This document shows positions 1 to 11,326 of a stretch of 22,195 nucleotides of DNA, piece by piece (positions within the stretch are counted from its first letter, which is position 1; every line of letters begins with the position of its first letter). The notes beneath the pieces are model-generated. The model ran no database searches. It saw nothing but the letters and a program-made list of their open reading frames with translations, and was not told where the DNA came from. The DNA is from Atractiella rhizophila (taxonomy: Eukaryota): contig MU271355.1 in NCBI GenBank assembly GCA_021432655.1, positions 62,001 through 84,195 of the forward strand, written 5' to 3'. The translations under genes and the position numbers were made by a program.

Positions 1-7
1 GACAGAG

Positions 8-1376
8 ATGGCTAAAGATGGGTTCCTCGAGCAGCGCGGAGTCGGAGGTTCGTCCAATTTTTGTGGCCTGCCTTACGAAGTTCTGCTGTTGATCCTCACA
101 CAACTGGCCGCTTCCGCCACTGGCCAAAGCGACCTCAAGTCTATTTCTATGGCTTCTCAGGCCATGCACAAACTCGCTGTCAGGATCTTATTTCGCAAGC
201 TCAGAATGCCAACGCCATATTTTTTGCGGCTCTCCCCCACTGAAATGTCGAAGCGAGAAAGCCCGATAGACCTCAACACGCTTCCCACTTTGTACCTGCG
301 CTTCGTTCGATCCATAAATATTGCTTTGGAACCAGTCTACCGCTCTCCCCCCCACAGTGACCACCCACATAATCCGAAGAAGTGGTTGAAAAAATACTTC
401 AGTCAGCTTCGGCAGCTGATGATAACCATATTTCGTCACTCGAAACCAACCCACTTGACTTTACTTATTGACAGAACATTCTTTTATGGCACAGAAGGTA
501 CCATCCAGAGACCTGCGGATCTCCCCTCTCGATTCGCACACCCCTTTCGTACCACCATCTGTCCGACACATCCACCCCTTCAGCTCAATGTCCACTACAA
601 GCATTCTCCCTACATGGACTCCCCGTCGAACTTTGACAGTTTACAGAATGGTAATTTGAACCTAACAAAAATTTGTCTTGAGCTTTTACAGTATCGAACC
701 GGACCTGTTTGCAGATCTGGCATCCTTGAAACATTTGGTCGAACTGGACTTGTGTGTCATCCTACGAGGTTTCTGGTTGTACTCTGCTTCGCTTCCAAAG
801 TTGTCAGCTCTAAAATTTTTGACCATCCGTGGACGCAACAATATTCTTCCGCCTACCTTTGACCCAATAGTTAAGGTCTTACAGACTTGCTCCTCCACCA
901 TCGAAAAGTTCCACCTGGACATCCCTCTGAACAAAGGCAACGACCTGCCATGGTTTAATGAACTTGATCTTCCCTGTCTCAATTCCTTGGACATTGGCAA
1001 TAGCTGTGACACCTTCTCCCCACTCCAGCTCAAGCGCTTTATGTCCACTCTTTCCGCTTGTCCGATCCAATTTCTTAGCTTCGACGTTGGGCGAGTCGTG
1101 CCGGAAAACAGTGATGCCACTGTCGAAGAAACTGTTTACCAGTCAACATTCGCTGCCCTTTTGCTGGAAATCGTTTGCAATGAATGTAAGGAAGGGAACT
1201 GGACATACCTGGTAGAACTTTGGATACCGGTGCCAAAGGATTCAACCGGCTTCCAAACGGCTGCTACCAAGAACAATATCAAAGAGTTGGCAAGTGGCGC
1301 AGTTCATATTATGGTTCAGGAGGAGAGAGTGGCGCAGAGGCAGAGGCAATGGGTGGAATTGGATTACAGTTTTTAG
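8..1376 (+). pseudogene. F-box-like domain protein with degenerate LRR-like C-terminus; one frameshift near 668-680 (pseudogene or homopolymer sequencing error)
   Basis: ORF 8..862 has an N-terminal F-box-like motif (LPYEVLLLILTQL...DLKSISMASQAMHKLAVRILFR). ORF 678..1376 has LRR-like segments (LASLKHLVELDL, LPKLSALKFLTI, LPCLNSLDI). Removing one A from the run at ~668-671 joins them (…NLTKFVLSFYSIEPDL…) into about 455 aa. Confidence 0.65.
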
Positions 1377-4148
1377 TCGTTGCAGGCAGCTCCTTTGCAC
1401 GAGAATCATGATGAATATTGCTTCAGTTTACAGATGTATATACTTCAGAACTGGTTATTATAGAAAGCTCAAGAAAGATTGAGATAGGGAGCAAACTGAA
1501 AAGCAAAGCTGGTTGGATGTTTAAGGGACCTTTGTGAACTTGTCGGGAAGAGGTTGGAGAGCCGTGGGAGGACAGTTTGAGAGTGTGCGGCGAGCCTTTC
1601 GACTGGTTCAAATTGGAGTGGTGGTTGTTGAGGAAGCGTTGACGAGCCGCTCTCCCGCCTTCCACGCTTTCCAGAGATTGGAGTGTCACTGTATCTTTAC
1701 TTTCAAAACGACATTCTGATGATTCTACACCTGTATTTAATGTGCAATGTCATGCAAATGGCAATATTGAGCGTCCACACACCGTCCTCCCTCTCCTCCC
1801 CTTCCATCCTCCGCTGTCGTTCAGATTCCCTTCCGTTGACCTCGCGATTCAATCCATCCTTCTGATCGTCGCTCCTTTTTCTGTTCGCCGACACTGACCT
1901 TCCATCCTCGTTCAGCTCCTTTCCCTTCGCCTCCCGTTCAGCATTGCTGCCAATTTTCGTCCTCCACTCGTCCTCGCTCTCCTCCCCCGTTCGCCTCTCC
2001 GTTCGCAATTCGTTCGCCTTCCGCTTCTAGTACTAATCAAGTACTAATCGAGTCAATAGTATTCAAGTTGAGATCGAGTCCGATCCAGCTGGTGTCGAAT
2101 CGAACCCATACCATAAGCACTCTCTCTTCTCTCGTAAAAGCCGATAACCAAGTCGAAACATGAAAAATTGTCGAAAAAATACTTCGAAAATAACTTAACC
2201 CCAAAAGTGAGAATCCGGTGACTTCGAGTAAAAACACGTTTAAAATCGAAAATGCGTCTGTGGACTGACTGCCCGACATCGCTGCTGTAATAGCCGTAGT
2301 TTCGCACGAGTTGCATCAACAATAGTTGGGGAATACTTCGGTTTGGTGTTTCGGGGTTGTCTGTCTTCAATTCCGGGATCGGAAAATCAAAAAAAAGTCG
2401 AATTTTGATTTAGAGAAATGAAAATCTTTAGTGCCCTTTTAAAGACTTATTGCTCTGAACCCAGGCCTCTAGACACCTCTTAAGTGACCACGGAGCAAGT
2501 GAGCAATCAGCAAATTCCCTGGCGCTATAGCGTCTATCCTAGGAACACCGTATAGACCGTTCCTAGCAGCTCCTAGCAGCCCTATGGACCTTTGGGACCC
2601 TATGGCAAACTTCTAAAACCGACCTTCCACAAACTTTAACACCACCCATGACTCTAGAGTGACTCACCGCATTTCCCTATTATTGCCTAAGGGGTCAAAG
2701 CGGATTAGGGGCTCTTCGCTCGTCCAAATTTTTTTTACAAGTTCATCCAGTGTAAATCTCAATCACCTCATTCTCAAGGTCTGCCTGCATTCTGCCTGCA
2801 CAGATTTCCTCAAACTGTCTCCTCTCTCCCTTCCTACAAGCCTTCTCCCCGCCTCCAACCCTCCCAGACATGATGTCTCCAAGCTACTGGCCACGTCACC
2901 CACCTATCTCGTGCTCTGACCCGGTGTCTCAATGGCAACAAAGACAGGAGTCTCGAATCTGAAGGGAGCTGGATTATGTAGAGTGATAAGAGCGGTGATA
3001 TTACTGAGAAGGGTAAGTGGTTGATTTCTTCGGCATACCGTCATGGGTGGGATTTGTGATGCTCTCAATCAATCCTGCACTGATACTTCATTTAGCTCAC
3101 ATCTCCTGCCCATCCTCCCCATTACGGCACCTCAATTATCTGCAGTATTCTTGTTGCACAACTACCCTATCGCAGCTTACGACCTCGCCAGTTCCTCACT
3201 TGGATTCATAGTATTGTTCTGTCTCACTTCATGAGGTGAAGGACTGGTCGGCTTTCACTTGTCTATTTTGAGTTGAATGTGCACAGGTCAGGAAGGACTC
3301 CAGGAAATCAACAGATGGTCATTGAGCGAATTTAACTGTTCAAGCGGCTGTCATGGAGTTGGGTATGCTCATCATACTATTGGTGGTCCTAATGTGAGTT
3401 CTATCTACATCCCTCTTAACTCACATTTACCTCTAAGCGATGACGTTCTCTTAGGCATTAAAGTGGTCATTTGTAGGCTCGTTAGCAGTGATTGGATGTG
3501 ATAAGACAGAGCAGACAAGTGATCCGGTTCCTGCAGCACATGATAGTGTATGCTATAGTAGTTTTGCTGATTAATATAGTGGGGTTTATTGCATTATATA
3601 TATGTCACAAAGCATGGGAAGGCAGCCTACAAACGAAATGAGACAGCAAACAAGGTGACTCACCCATAGCGTGATAGCCCCATAGCGCGATAGCAGCACT
3701 CCTAGCTGTCTAGAATAGAGCCCAGGTGACAAAAACCCTATGAGCTCCTATGAGCTATCATAGCGCCTATAGCTCCATAGACGACCATCCGAAAAGTGCT
3801 GATGAGGAAGGTTTTATTAACGACACAACCAGGAACAACACAATAGGCGGCTAACCCTGAAAGCTCACAGTGTAACCACGACCTTTTCTTTTACCCCCTC
3901 AACGGAGTAGAAACCTCGATTTTGCTCACGTAGGACCTGAACCATTACTCTAACCCTTATGCTGTTTCGGCTCTTTGATTGACTACAATATGTCCACGTG
4001 ACAATAGATTCTAATGGGATAACTGCCCACAGCGCGAGCTTTCACCGTTCTCCAAAAGATCGAAGTGAGAACTCGCCTAACCCTGCAAGTAGCAGAAATA
4101 GTGCAATCTCAATCGGCGTCCTTGTAGTCGCGTGTGAAATGCCCTTTC

Positions 4149-4216
4149 CTCGTACGAAAAGTATGCTGTCTTGCACGAAAGTTTATTTCTCTTGGAAAGG
4201 TTATTTCTCTCATACG
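4149..4216 (+). repeat. Degenerate tandem array of ~21-bp CTCGTACGAAAGGTTATTTCT units (3-4 copies)
   Basis: ctcgtacgaaaagtatgctgt / cttgcacgaaagtttatttct / cttggaaaggttatttct / ctcatacg. Confidence 0.7.
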
Positions 4217-4515
4217 TCCAAGCACGCTGATCCAGTGCTGGTATCGCTCTGACTGGGAGTGCGTTCGAAGGTGTGAGTCGAGGTCTATATGAAATTCGAA
4301 CTCATTTTGTCTATTTGCCAACGCTCTGGGCACTCAGGTGTTCAAACTGCTCCGCGGTTGTGTTTGGTTTCTAGGCTGACGCGTTGAGGTTTGGCTTGCG
4401 AGGGTTCTGCGAGCCAACGAGAGCTTGTGAGCTTTGAAAGCACCCCAAACGAGGTGGTAAGCAAGAAGAAAGGCTCACCCCAAAAGCAGTTCCGAAGTCC
4501 TAACAGGAGGAGAAA

Positions 4516-5979
4516 CTAGCCGTTTCGTCCTGATGCTGTACCGACCACCACACCGCGACGAGGAGCGGCTTTGGCAACTGGTTTGCCTCTTTTCGGTTGA
4601 CTGAACTCATGTTCATGGATGTCTGAGTGTTGGCGGTTATTCGTGGCCTCAAAGCCGCGGTGGGTTATCTCGTTTACCACGACCTGCGCCTTCATTCTGA
4701 TGTAGAGTTCCCAGGAGATTGATTTCCATCTGCCCGCCATCATTATGAATTCTATACCTACCTTGAGAGCCCACAGTCTGCTTGCGCCGCCAATTCTGAA
4801 GCTATGGCCCGACACGTTGTCAATGCCTCGTGATACTTCCGTGTCCTGAGACCATATGTTCTTGCATCTATCCAGGAAGGCTCTTTTCGTGAGCGGGAGA
4901 ATGGTGTGTTCCTTTTGCGACCAGTAGGCGAACAATGGGTCTGAGTCGCTAAGCACGCAGTTGATGCGGAGGTGGTTGAGAATCGCTTCGAGCGAGAGTG
5001 TGTTCCCTATTCTCGCTTGCGGGATGCTGATGTCAACTGGTGTCCCTTTGGACACTTTGTCTTTTGGCAGGCGGAGGCGGATGTAAGGGAGACCTTCTAA
5101 GTCGAATTCTGGGAAAATTTTGTCCCGCGTCATGTGCGTTTTGGGTGAGAACGATGGTTTCGATTTCGGTAAGAGTTCGCCGAGTCTGCAGAGCCCGTAC
5201 AGCCCTGTGACGACGGCAGCCCAGACGCAAGCGTCAAAAGGTTTGAGAGGTCCAGATTCCATTCCAGGGACACCATCATCTCTTGGGAGACAGGTGCTCG
5301 CGGTCTAACAGGAACGTGAGTCTGTGACTTTGGGTTGGAGTTGCTTACTCTTTTTTGTGCGATTGACCCATGATATTGCTTATTCCTCGCAACCATTTCG
5401 TTAACACTACGGGCTTATCCTTCTCCCAGGGCCATGGGGCACCGTGCAGATCATGCCATGATCTGAGTAGTTCTCGAGGGTTTGGGTCCCAATGGTTGTG
5501 AGGGGGCGGAACGCCTGAGGGTAGATATCCGGAGGGCCCGTTGCCCAGAGGCAGAAGGATACGAGGTGTTGTTGGGATTTGATGGGAAATCTGTCCTCGA
5601 AGGGTATGCAAAACTTGTTGCAGAAATAGTTCCATTTGGCCAGTGCCGAGCCGTAAGAGTTCCAGGTGGATTCGGTGAGGGAGGTCTCGTTTGCAGCGTA
5701 CGCTATGGCTCTGAATACGGGCACGTCGAGTAGGAGATGGGAGAAGTTGTCGACGCCGCGCCATAAGCGTAGTCGATCTCCAGCTCGGCAGGGGATGAAC
5801 CTATCCTCCAACTCTTGGTTGAATGAAGCATTCTGTCTAGCGAAGGTCTCGTAGGCTGTGAGGTCACTGTCTAGTTCTTCTCGCGTTCCCCATGGTGGAG
5901 GATTAGGCCTTTTTGCTCTCCTAGGGCCACGTTCCTTGGGTTTGCGTTTAGAGATGCTTGCCTTCCGTTTATTGTTCAT
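4516..5979 (-). CDS. Tyrosine recombinase (YR), ~470 aa, with one 44-nt intron (5305-5348) and two frameshifts (~5467, ~5241)
   Basis: Catalytic motifs CRLGEL (R), LPKDK (K), SGHSFRIGGA (HxxR), GRWKS…LYIR (W/Y). N-terminal STWNSYGSALAKWNYFC…TLENY/LRSWHDLHGAPW. Start context is ACCACCATG at 5979. Confidence 0.9.
5305..5348 (-). other. Spliceosomal intron D in YR (44 nt, phase 2)
   Basis: GTAAGC…ACTCAC…CCTGTTAG; removal gives …HKK GA|A PRAPVS…, a YR-typical segment. Confidence 0.8.
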
Positions 5980-6110
5980 GGTGGTTTCAAGATGGGTTTC
6001 ACTTGCACGTGCCTATTTGCTTTCCTCGCTCTTGGAGGTCTCAGTCTACACTTGTGAATTGAATGATTGAATGTTGATGCTATGTCTGATAGATACATTT
6101 AATGTGATTG

Positions 6111-7900
6111 CTATGCTAAAGTACTAGGTACTGGAAGGGAAGAAGGATTAGAGTGGCTTATAATGAACTTGGATACTGGTTGTGGAACCGGTATGGAGAC
6201 GAAAAGTTGGTATTTGAGATGAGAAAAGGAGCCTCTTGAGGGTCGGTCCGCTGGGTTCTCTTCGGAAGGGATCCATGTGGGTAATACGGTAACATCGAGT
6301 CGTTGTGTAACTTCGCTCAATCTCTTGAGTGACTGGTTTTGTTCGTGGTTCCTTGCTCGCCACTTACGGAGGATTCCTTCGACTCCCTGGTTGTCCGTGT
6401 TGACTATGACGGCTCGATGGTCCTTCTTGAGAGTGATTCTGTTCCTGCTCAGGAGCCATTCGAGTAGGAGTACCCCTAGTTCTACGGCTAGCATTTCACC
6501 CCAGCCTATCTTCCTTTCCTCTCTGGTGGTTTCTGCCCAAGTCCAAACGCTCCAGTGTTCGTGGATCTGGACCGCTATGCCGTACGCCAGGGAGGCGTCT
6601 CCGAACCAGGTTAATGAGACTGGTTTGTCGAGTCTGGTGACTTTGCGGATGGGTGGTCCCTTCGTTAGTTGTTCGTGCCAGTAGAGAAGATCTTTCCGGA
6701 CTCCTTTGGGGAGATGTAGTGTACCGCGCTCGAGGAGCCAGGGATTGTCTTCCCCTAAGGCGTGCGGGAACGAGGCGATGAAGTTTATGAGATTCGTGAG
6801 ATATGGCTTGCACTGGAACATGGCGAAGGCGACGTGTTGGAGGTAGCCGTGGAGGTGGGTGGCTTCCGCTAAGGTCGCTCTAAAGTTCGGTTGGAGCCAC
6901 GTTTGGACCGTGAGGAGTGTTCTGATGAATTTTTCTCTCGGGAGTGAAATGGTGTGTTCGCGGAAGTCCCAAACGAAGCCGATGAACTTGACGAGATGAG
7001 AGAACTTCGCACATTTCTTGAGGTGCCATGGTATCCTTAGGCCGTCGAGGTCGCTGAAGAAGTCTTCCTCTGTTCCCCAGACCTTGAGTGATTTCGACCA
7101 GATTACTTCGTGGTCGTCTACCCACTTCCAGATCTTCTTCCACCTCTTTTTCCTGGCTATGGCTACCCAAGCGTCGTCTACACTACCGAATACGCCTGGT
7201 AGGGATGAGGTTCCGAACGATCCTACCACGTTGATCCAGAAGTTGCCGTTGTAGTCCTGTATGACGAAGGCCCGCCTTGACTCTTCATCGAGAGGGATGG
7301 TTTTGAAGGCTTCCGCTATGTCGATAGTCATTGCTTCGGCGTCTTTCGGGAGCTGTGCAAAGTCGAGGAGCGCCTGTGAGAAGGCAGTCCATTCTGTGGG
7401 AAAGTCGTCAGAGTCGATGAGGTCGTTTACCGAGGGCCAGTCTTCTCCAGACTCGTCTAGACCCCCTTTTGAGGCGTTCTCTATGAGCCTAAATTCGTCC
7501 ATGGTACCGGCCTTTGGGACGGCATTGAGCGGGTTCGACCTCCAGCCCTTGCCCCCAAATATTTCGGAGACTTCCTCCCGGTTGTAGGGTCCAAAGTTCC
7601 TCTTCTTGGCGTTCTCCTCCTGGATGTAGCCGTGGATGAAACGCTTCCTGGCGTCGTCGACTGGGGTGTTGGGTGGGGTGAATGTAGTTTGGGTAGTGTC
7701 GCAATGCCGACGTTGAAGCCATTTCGGATGCCGTGCACGACGTGTTGGAATTCGTTTAGGAGATTATACTTCTTTAGTTGCTTGCGGAAATTAGATGCGC
7801 TGTAGGGGGTAATGATCGTTCGTGCTGGGTCGTTGGGGTTCGTGATGTTGATTCTCGGTTGAGGGACTTCGATCCTCTCATCTGGAGGATCGGGGAGCAT
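6111..7900 (-). CDS. pol: Reverse transcriptase-RNase H (pol) of the YR retrotransposon, ~596 aa, with one 1-nt-deletion frameshift near 7695
   Basis: RT motifs IDIAEAFKTIP, SFGTSSLPGVF, KWVDD, FIGFVWD. RNase H motifs FGDAS, GEMLAV, NTDNQGV, ENPADRPSRG. The N-terminus (ITPYS…GFNVGI) is in the 7481..8050 frame and shifts to TQTTFTPPN…EENAKKRNFGPY…AVPKAGTMDEFRLI, which is continuous with ORF 6111..7502. The ATG at 7900 overlaps the gag 3' end. Confidence 0.9.
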
Positions 7901-10900
7901 GCTGACGAGCTCTGCAGTCCTTGCTGCCGTGCAGGGAGCATACGTGCTTGTCTCTAGGGCAGGCTGTTCCGTCTGCCAGCAGGTTCTTGCATCCGTCTTC
8001 TCGCAGGTTAAAGATTGCGCAAATCTGTTCACCGCTTGAAGCGACGACAAGTGCCTTGGGTCTCTGATGCCTTCCTGAGAGTCTGGAGGGGAGCATTTAA
8101 GTGAGCGCCGTGCAGTTGAAGCTGTGACCTACCGCTTGGAGCCTCCGACGACTGTTCCTTCCTCTTCGCACCTGTTCCAACCGTGGTTGGATGGGGCTCT
8201 GCCACACCTGGCGCAGAAGTCGTGTTTGGAGGGTCGACCTCCTTCTCTAGGTTTCGATGGTAGGTCGTTGTCTGGTCGCTTACTGGCGTTTCTGAGTTTG
8301 GAGGAATCTGATGGTCCCGCGTGGTACGAGCCTGGGTGGAGGTGGTTTCCGGGATTACTCCCCCTTCTCCCTGCCTGCTTCATAAGGTCCTCGAACACTC
8401 TAAGCCTAGCATCCAAGGAGTCTCCTTGCCATAATCGAAACTGCTCGGTCACCTGGGTGTAGATAGTGTCGAGGTATTCCCAGGCGCCAAAGTCGGACGT
8501 CGCCTCGTGCCTGGTTTCGTGGTCCCTTCGGGCCTTCTCCTGGGTTGCCATGATGAGATTCCAGTTATTGTAGTCGGAGGCTCCGTTTAGAGCGTACTTT
8601 CTCTTGCACCAATCCTTCATGGATTGGAGTGCTCCGGCGATGTTCATCAGGAATGTTCTGTCTTCCCATTCTTGCACGACTTTGATGTACCAGTCCATGC
8701 CTTTCTCAAAGTCGGGATATGACGGCCTGTCGTCTCTCGCTCTGGCCCGTTCGATGATCTTGCGAGTTTTGTCGTCGGACAAGATGAGTCGGTCTCCTGA
8801 GTCGAACTTGATTTCTTTCGACTCGTCCAGCCCGTACTCTGCAGAGAGTTGTTTCCACGCCGTTGGTAGGTGGGCAGGGATGTAGGCGTGCGGATTCTCG
8901 TGTATTTTCTTTTTGAGCTCTGGAACGTCGAAATCGACTTGGATGGTGGGGACGGAATTCTTATTGATGACGGAGTACTTCCAGTCTTTCTGAGATTTCG
9001 CCTCCTTGATTAGTCTCTTCTGCCGAGAACGCTCTGACTCTGTTGATGAGTCCGAGTTAGAGGAGGGATCTGATGCATCTGGTCCGCGGCTGGTGTGCCG
9101 TATGTTCTTTCTCCTCTTCTTCCGTCGTCTTTTTCTCCCTTCCGCTTCATCCCCGCTAGAGTGGGAATCAGGAGCGCGATGCTTTCTCCTTGCTGCGGGC
9201 TTTCCCTTCAACGCCGTTGCTTCTGGCTGGTCTATAATTTTTCTCGTTCTTCCGCAGTCGCCCACAGGGTGTCCTTGCTGCTCCTGTGGCTGGGCAGTCG
9301 CGCTGGCTGAAGGGGGGTCATGTGGCTGCGTCTGTCGTCCCTTCGCCGGATGGGGTGTTTCTGGACCTATGCCGGGGGGGTTGGCTTGTGCGAAGTTCTG
9401 GTAGGCGTGGAGAAATTGGGCCCGGGTTGGGGGGGTATTGCCGGGATTTGCGAAAGGTGGGATGGTGCCCGCTGCTTGCACAAAGCTTGCGGGGAATCCT
9501 CTGATGGGGGCATGCGGCGACAGCAAGGGCTGTAGGGGCTGCGTGGGTAATGCTGTGTCTCCCCACCCACCCCCAGGCAGTTGGTGTCCCGGGTTTTGGT
9601 GATTTGGTGGGTTGACGGGGGTGGGGTTCTGGTGGCTTCCCTGGTCAGCGTTGGCTCCTGGTACCTGGGGTCTGAGCCGATTTACTGCGGTCCCTTCTCG
9701 GGGGAGCCAGTTAGACTTAATGGTGGTTGGGAGGGGGCCGCCCCAGTTATGTGGGGTTCTAGTTGATGGTGGTGGAGCGCTGTCGTGGAACCTTCCGCCA
9801 GGGAGAGGATTCGCCGTCGCTTGTGCAGCAGAGTTTGGGGGGAAGCTGAGGAATTCTCCCCCAGTGTGGGGGTTTGCGATTGGGTATACGGCACTGCAAC
9901 CCTCGCGCCTTAGTACGGGCACTCCCACCACGTGGAGCTGCTCACGATGTTGTAAGGATGTTGAGAGATCCCTCCCTAATATAAGGGTTCCCGACAGGTT
10001 GTACGGTACTACAACCGTCACACCTTAGTAGAGGCACTCCCACCACGTGGAGCTGCTTACTGGACAAAGGCGTCGTTGCGAAGACCCCCCCCAGTGTGGA
10101 GGCCCGCCGACCCGCCCTGCGGTCTCGCCACGGAGAATGGCCTGTATCTGAGTCCGGCATTGGAGAGGTGATGGGAGGGTAGGGTTGGCTCCTCTTCCCT
10201 CCCCTTCCCCTTCTGAATCCTCCGGTAGTTCTTGTCGAATGAGATGCGCAGGACTTGGATCTGTTGCGCAGATAAGTTGCGCTCCTCGATGCGACGGTTG
10301 AATTCTTCCGGTTCGGTTGCTTCGAGGACGTATTGGATTGCTTCTACTGCATTCTGCTGTTCCTCTTCCAGTTCCTCCTCCCTCTCTTCTTCCCGTCTTG
10401 CATCTTCCATCGCTTCCCTCTTTACTTCCAGGCCCAGTTCTTCTGGTGTATGCCAGGTGTAGAATACTGGCATACCCAATTCCGTCCATCCTACTTGAGC
10501 CGTTTCCGCCGCTGGTGGTCTAAAGTTAACTCTTTCGTGGGGTCTCTGGCGCCAACGGGAGCTGCTGTAGAACAGGCAGTCGGTGGTGTCCTGCCAGGCC
10601 ATGACGTTGGCGAGAAGGACCCATTCACCAGCGAATTTGTTGTAGGCATAGATTCGAGTGAATTCACGGAGGGGGAGGCCTGATCTGAGGACGTAGCACC
10701 ACATGTCAATGGCTCGCGATATGAGTTGGGTGCGGAACTTCGAGGTGCGTGGCGTGCCGGTTCTGCGAGCCACAAAGGTTAGGATATGTTCTGCTTGCTC
10801 CTCGATGTGGAGTGGGGAATAAACGTTGTCCCCAAACTTGGAAGCGTCCGAAGGGTCAGAGAGAACGTCTACAAACTTGTAAGGCAGAGATGGAAGTACG

Positions 10901-11223
10901 GCGTCTGCGAAGTCTTTCTGATTCAGACTGGAGAAAGGTTTCCAAAGTTTGTCGAAGGTATCAAAGAAATGCGTCGTTTTGGCCTCGTTCACGTCCACGC
11001 CGTCCCTTTCTGCCACCTCTATGAGACCCTTGTGGCAAGGGTCCATGAGAGACCCGGGTTCAGCAGAATACGGAACGTTGGCCAAGACTGAAAGTTCGTA
11101 GAGAAAAAGAGAGTGTGGATTGGAAGTCTCCGGAACGAAGAAAGAGAGACCCAAATTCATCTCTAGCAAGGTGTTGCGACTCATCTGACCACCTTCTGCT
11201 GCCATTTCCTTCAAGAAGGTCAT
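7878..11223 (-). CDS. gag: ORF1 / Gag-like protein of the YR retrotransposon, spliced: join(11223..10061, 10008..9946, 9893..8133, 8082..7878), ~1063 aa; start may lie further upstream
   Basis: Four ORF-track pieces (10057..11289, part of 9942..10160, 8129..10021, 7878..8096) join in frame on removing three GT-AG introns (52, 52, 50 nt). Product has an unknown N-terminal region, E/R coiled coil, KGKGRE, Pro/Gln-rich repeats, basic RKRRRKKRRK, CARC-x6-H-x4-C knuckle, and a C-terminal ICAIFN…GC…C…HVCSLHG Zn finger. Confidence 0.8.
8083..8132 (-). other. Spliceosomal intron C of ORF1 (50 nt, phase 2)
   Basis: GTAGGT…GCTCAC…CCCCTCCAG; removal gives CG|A and joins the CCHC knuckle to the ATG-poor C-terminal Zn-finger exon. 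Confidence 0.85.
9894..9945 (-). other. Spliceosomal intron B of ORF1 (52 nt, phase 2), twin of intron A
   Basis: GTGAGC…TACTAAG…GTTGCAG; 45/52 identical to intron A; removal gives TC|T in frame. Confidence 0.85.
10009..10060 (-). other. Spliceosomal intron A of ORF1 (52 nt, phase 2)
   Basis: GTAAGC…TACTAAG…GTTGTAG; removal gives CA|T and restores the frame. Confidence 0.85.
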
Positions 11224-11326
11224 GTGTTGGCTTTGGTGGGTGTGGCTGCAGTTAGAGAACGTGTTCTCGGGTTGGGGAGTTGGTGACAAAGAGCGGATGC
11301 GGTCGAAGAGAGTTGAAAGGAGAGCT

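Larger units (their letters stand above)
9768..10123 (-). repeat. Tandem array of four 63-nt (21-aa) coding units in ORF1; two junctions carry introns
   Basis: Units PQGGSAGLHTGGGLRNDAFV / TVQPVGNPYIREGSLNILTT / AVYPIANPHTGGEFLSFPPN / AAQATANPLPGGRFHDSAPP. Spacings of the homologous motif are 115, 115 and 63 nt (10091, 9976, 9861, 9798). Confidence 0.75.

Noticed and set aside
651..691. Possible 41-nt intron (GTAATT…CTAAC…TACAG) joining the two F-box ORFs
   Set aside because: The donor is phase 1 and the acceptor needs phase 2, so the frame is not restored. A 1-nt homopolymer insertion explains the break better.
1703..2030. 101-aa E/R-rich minus-strand ORF
   Set aside because: Low-complexity pyrimidine tract with a non-ATG start and no recognisable domain.
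4362..4377. TTTGGTTTCT(A/G)GGCT match to 11421-11435 as a split direct repeat
   Set aside because: Only about 15 nt and it does not extend; too short to call, though worth rechecking once element ends are mapped.
4516..5262. Phage integrase or stand-alone Crypton
   Set aside because: The YR is collinear with gag and RT/RNase H in the DIRS/Ngaro order.
7110..7130. WVDD instead of YxDD as RT inactivation
   Set aside because: Catalytic aspartates are intact, and to my recollection WVDD is common in basidiomycete YR retrotransposons.
5482..11091. Numerous short + strand ORFs antisense to the YR element
   Set aside because: Shadow ORFs of GC-rich coding sequence with no motifs.
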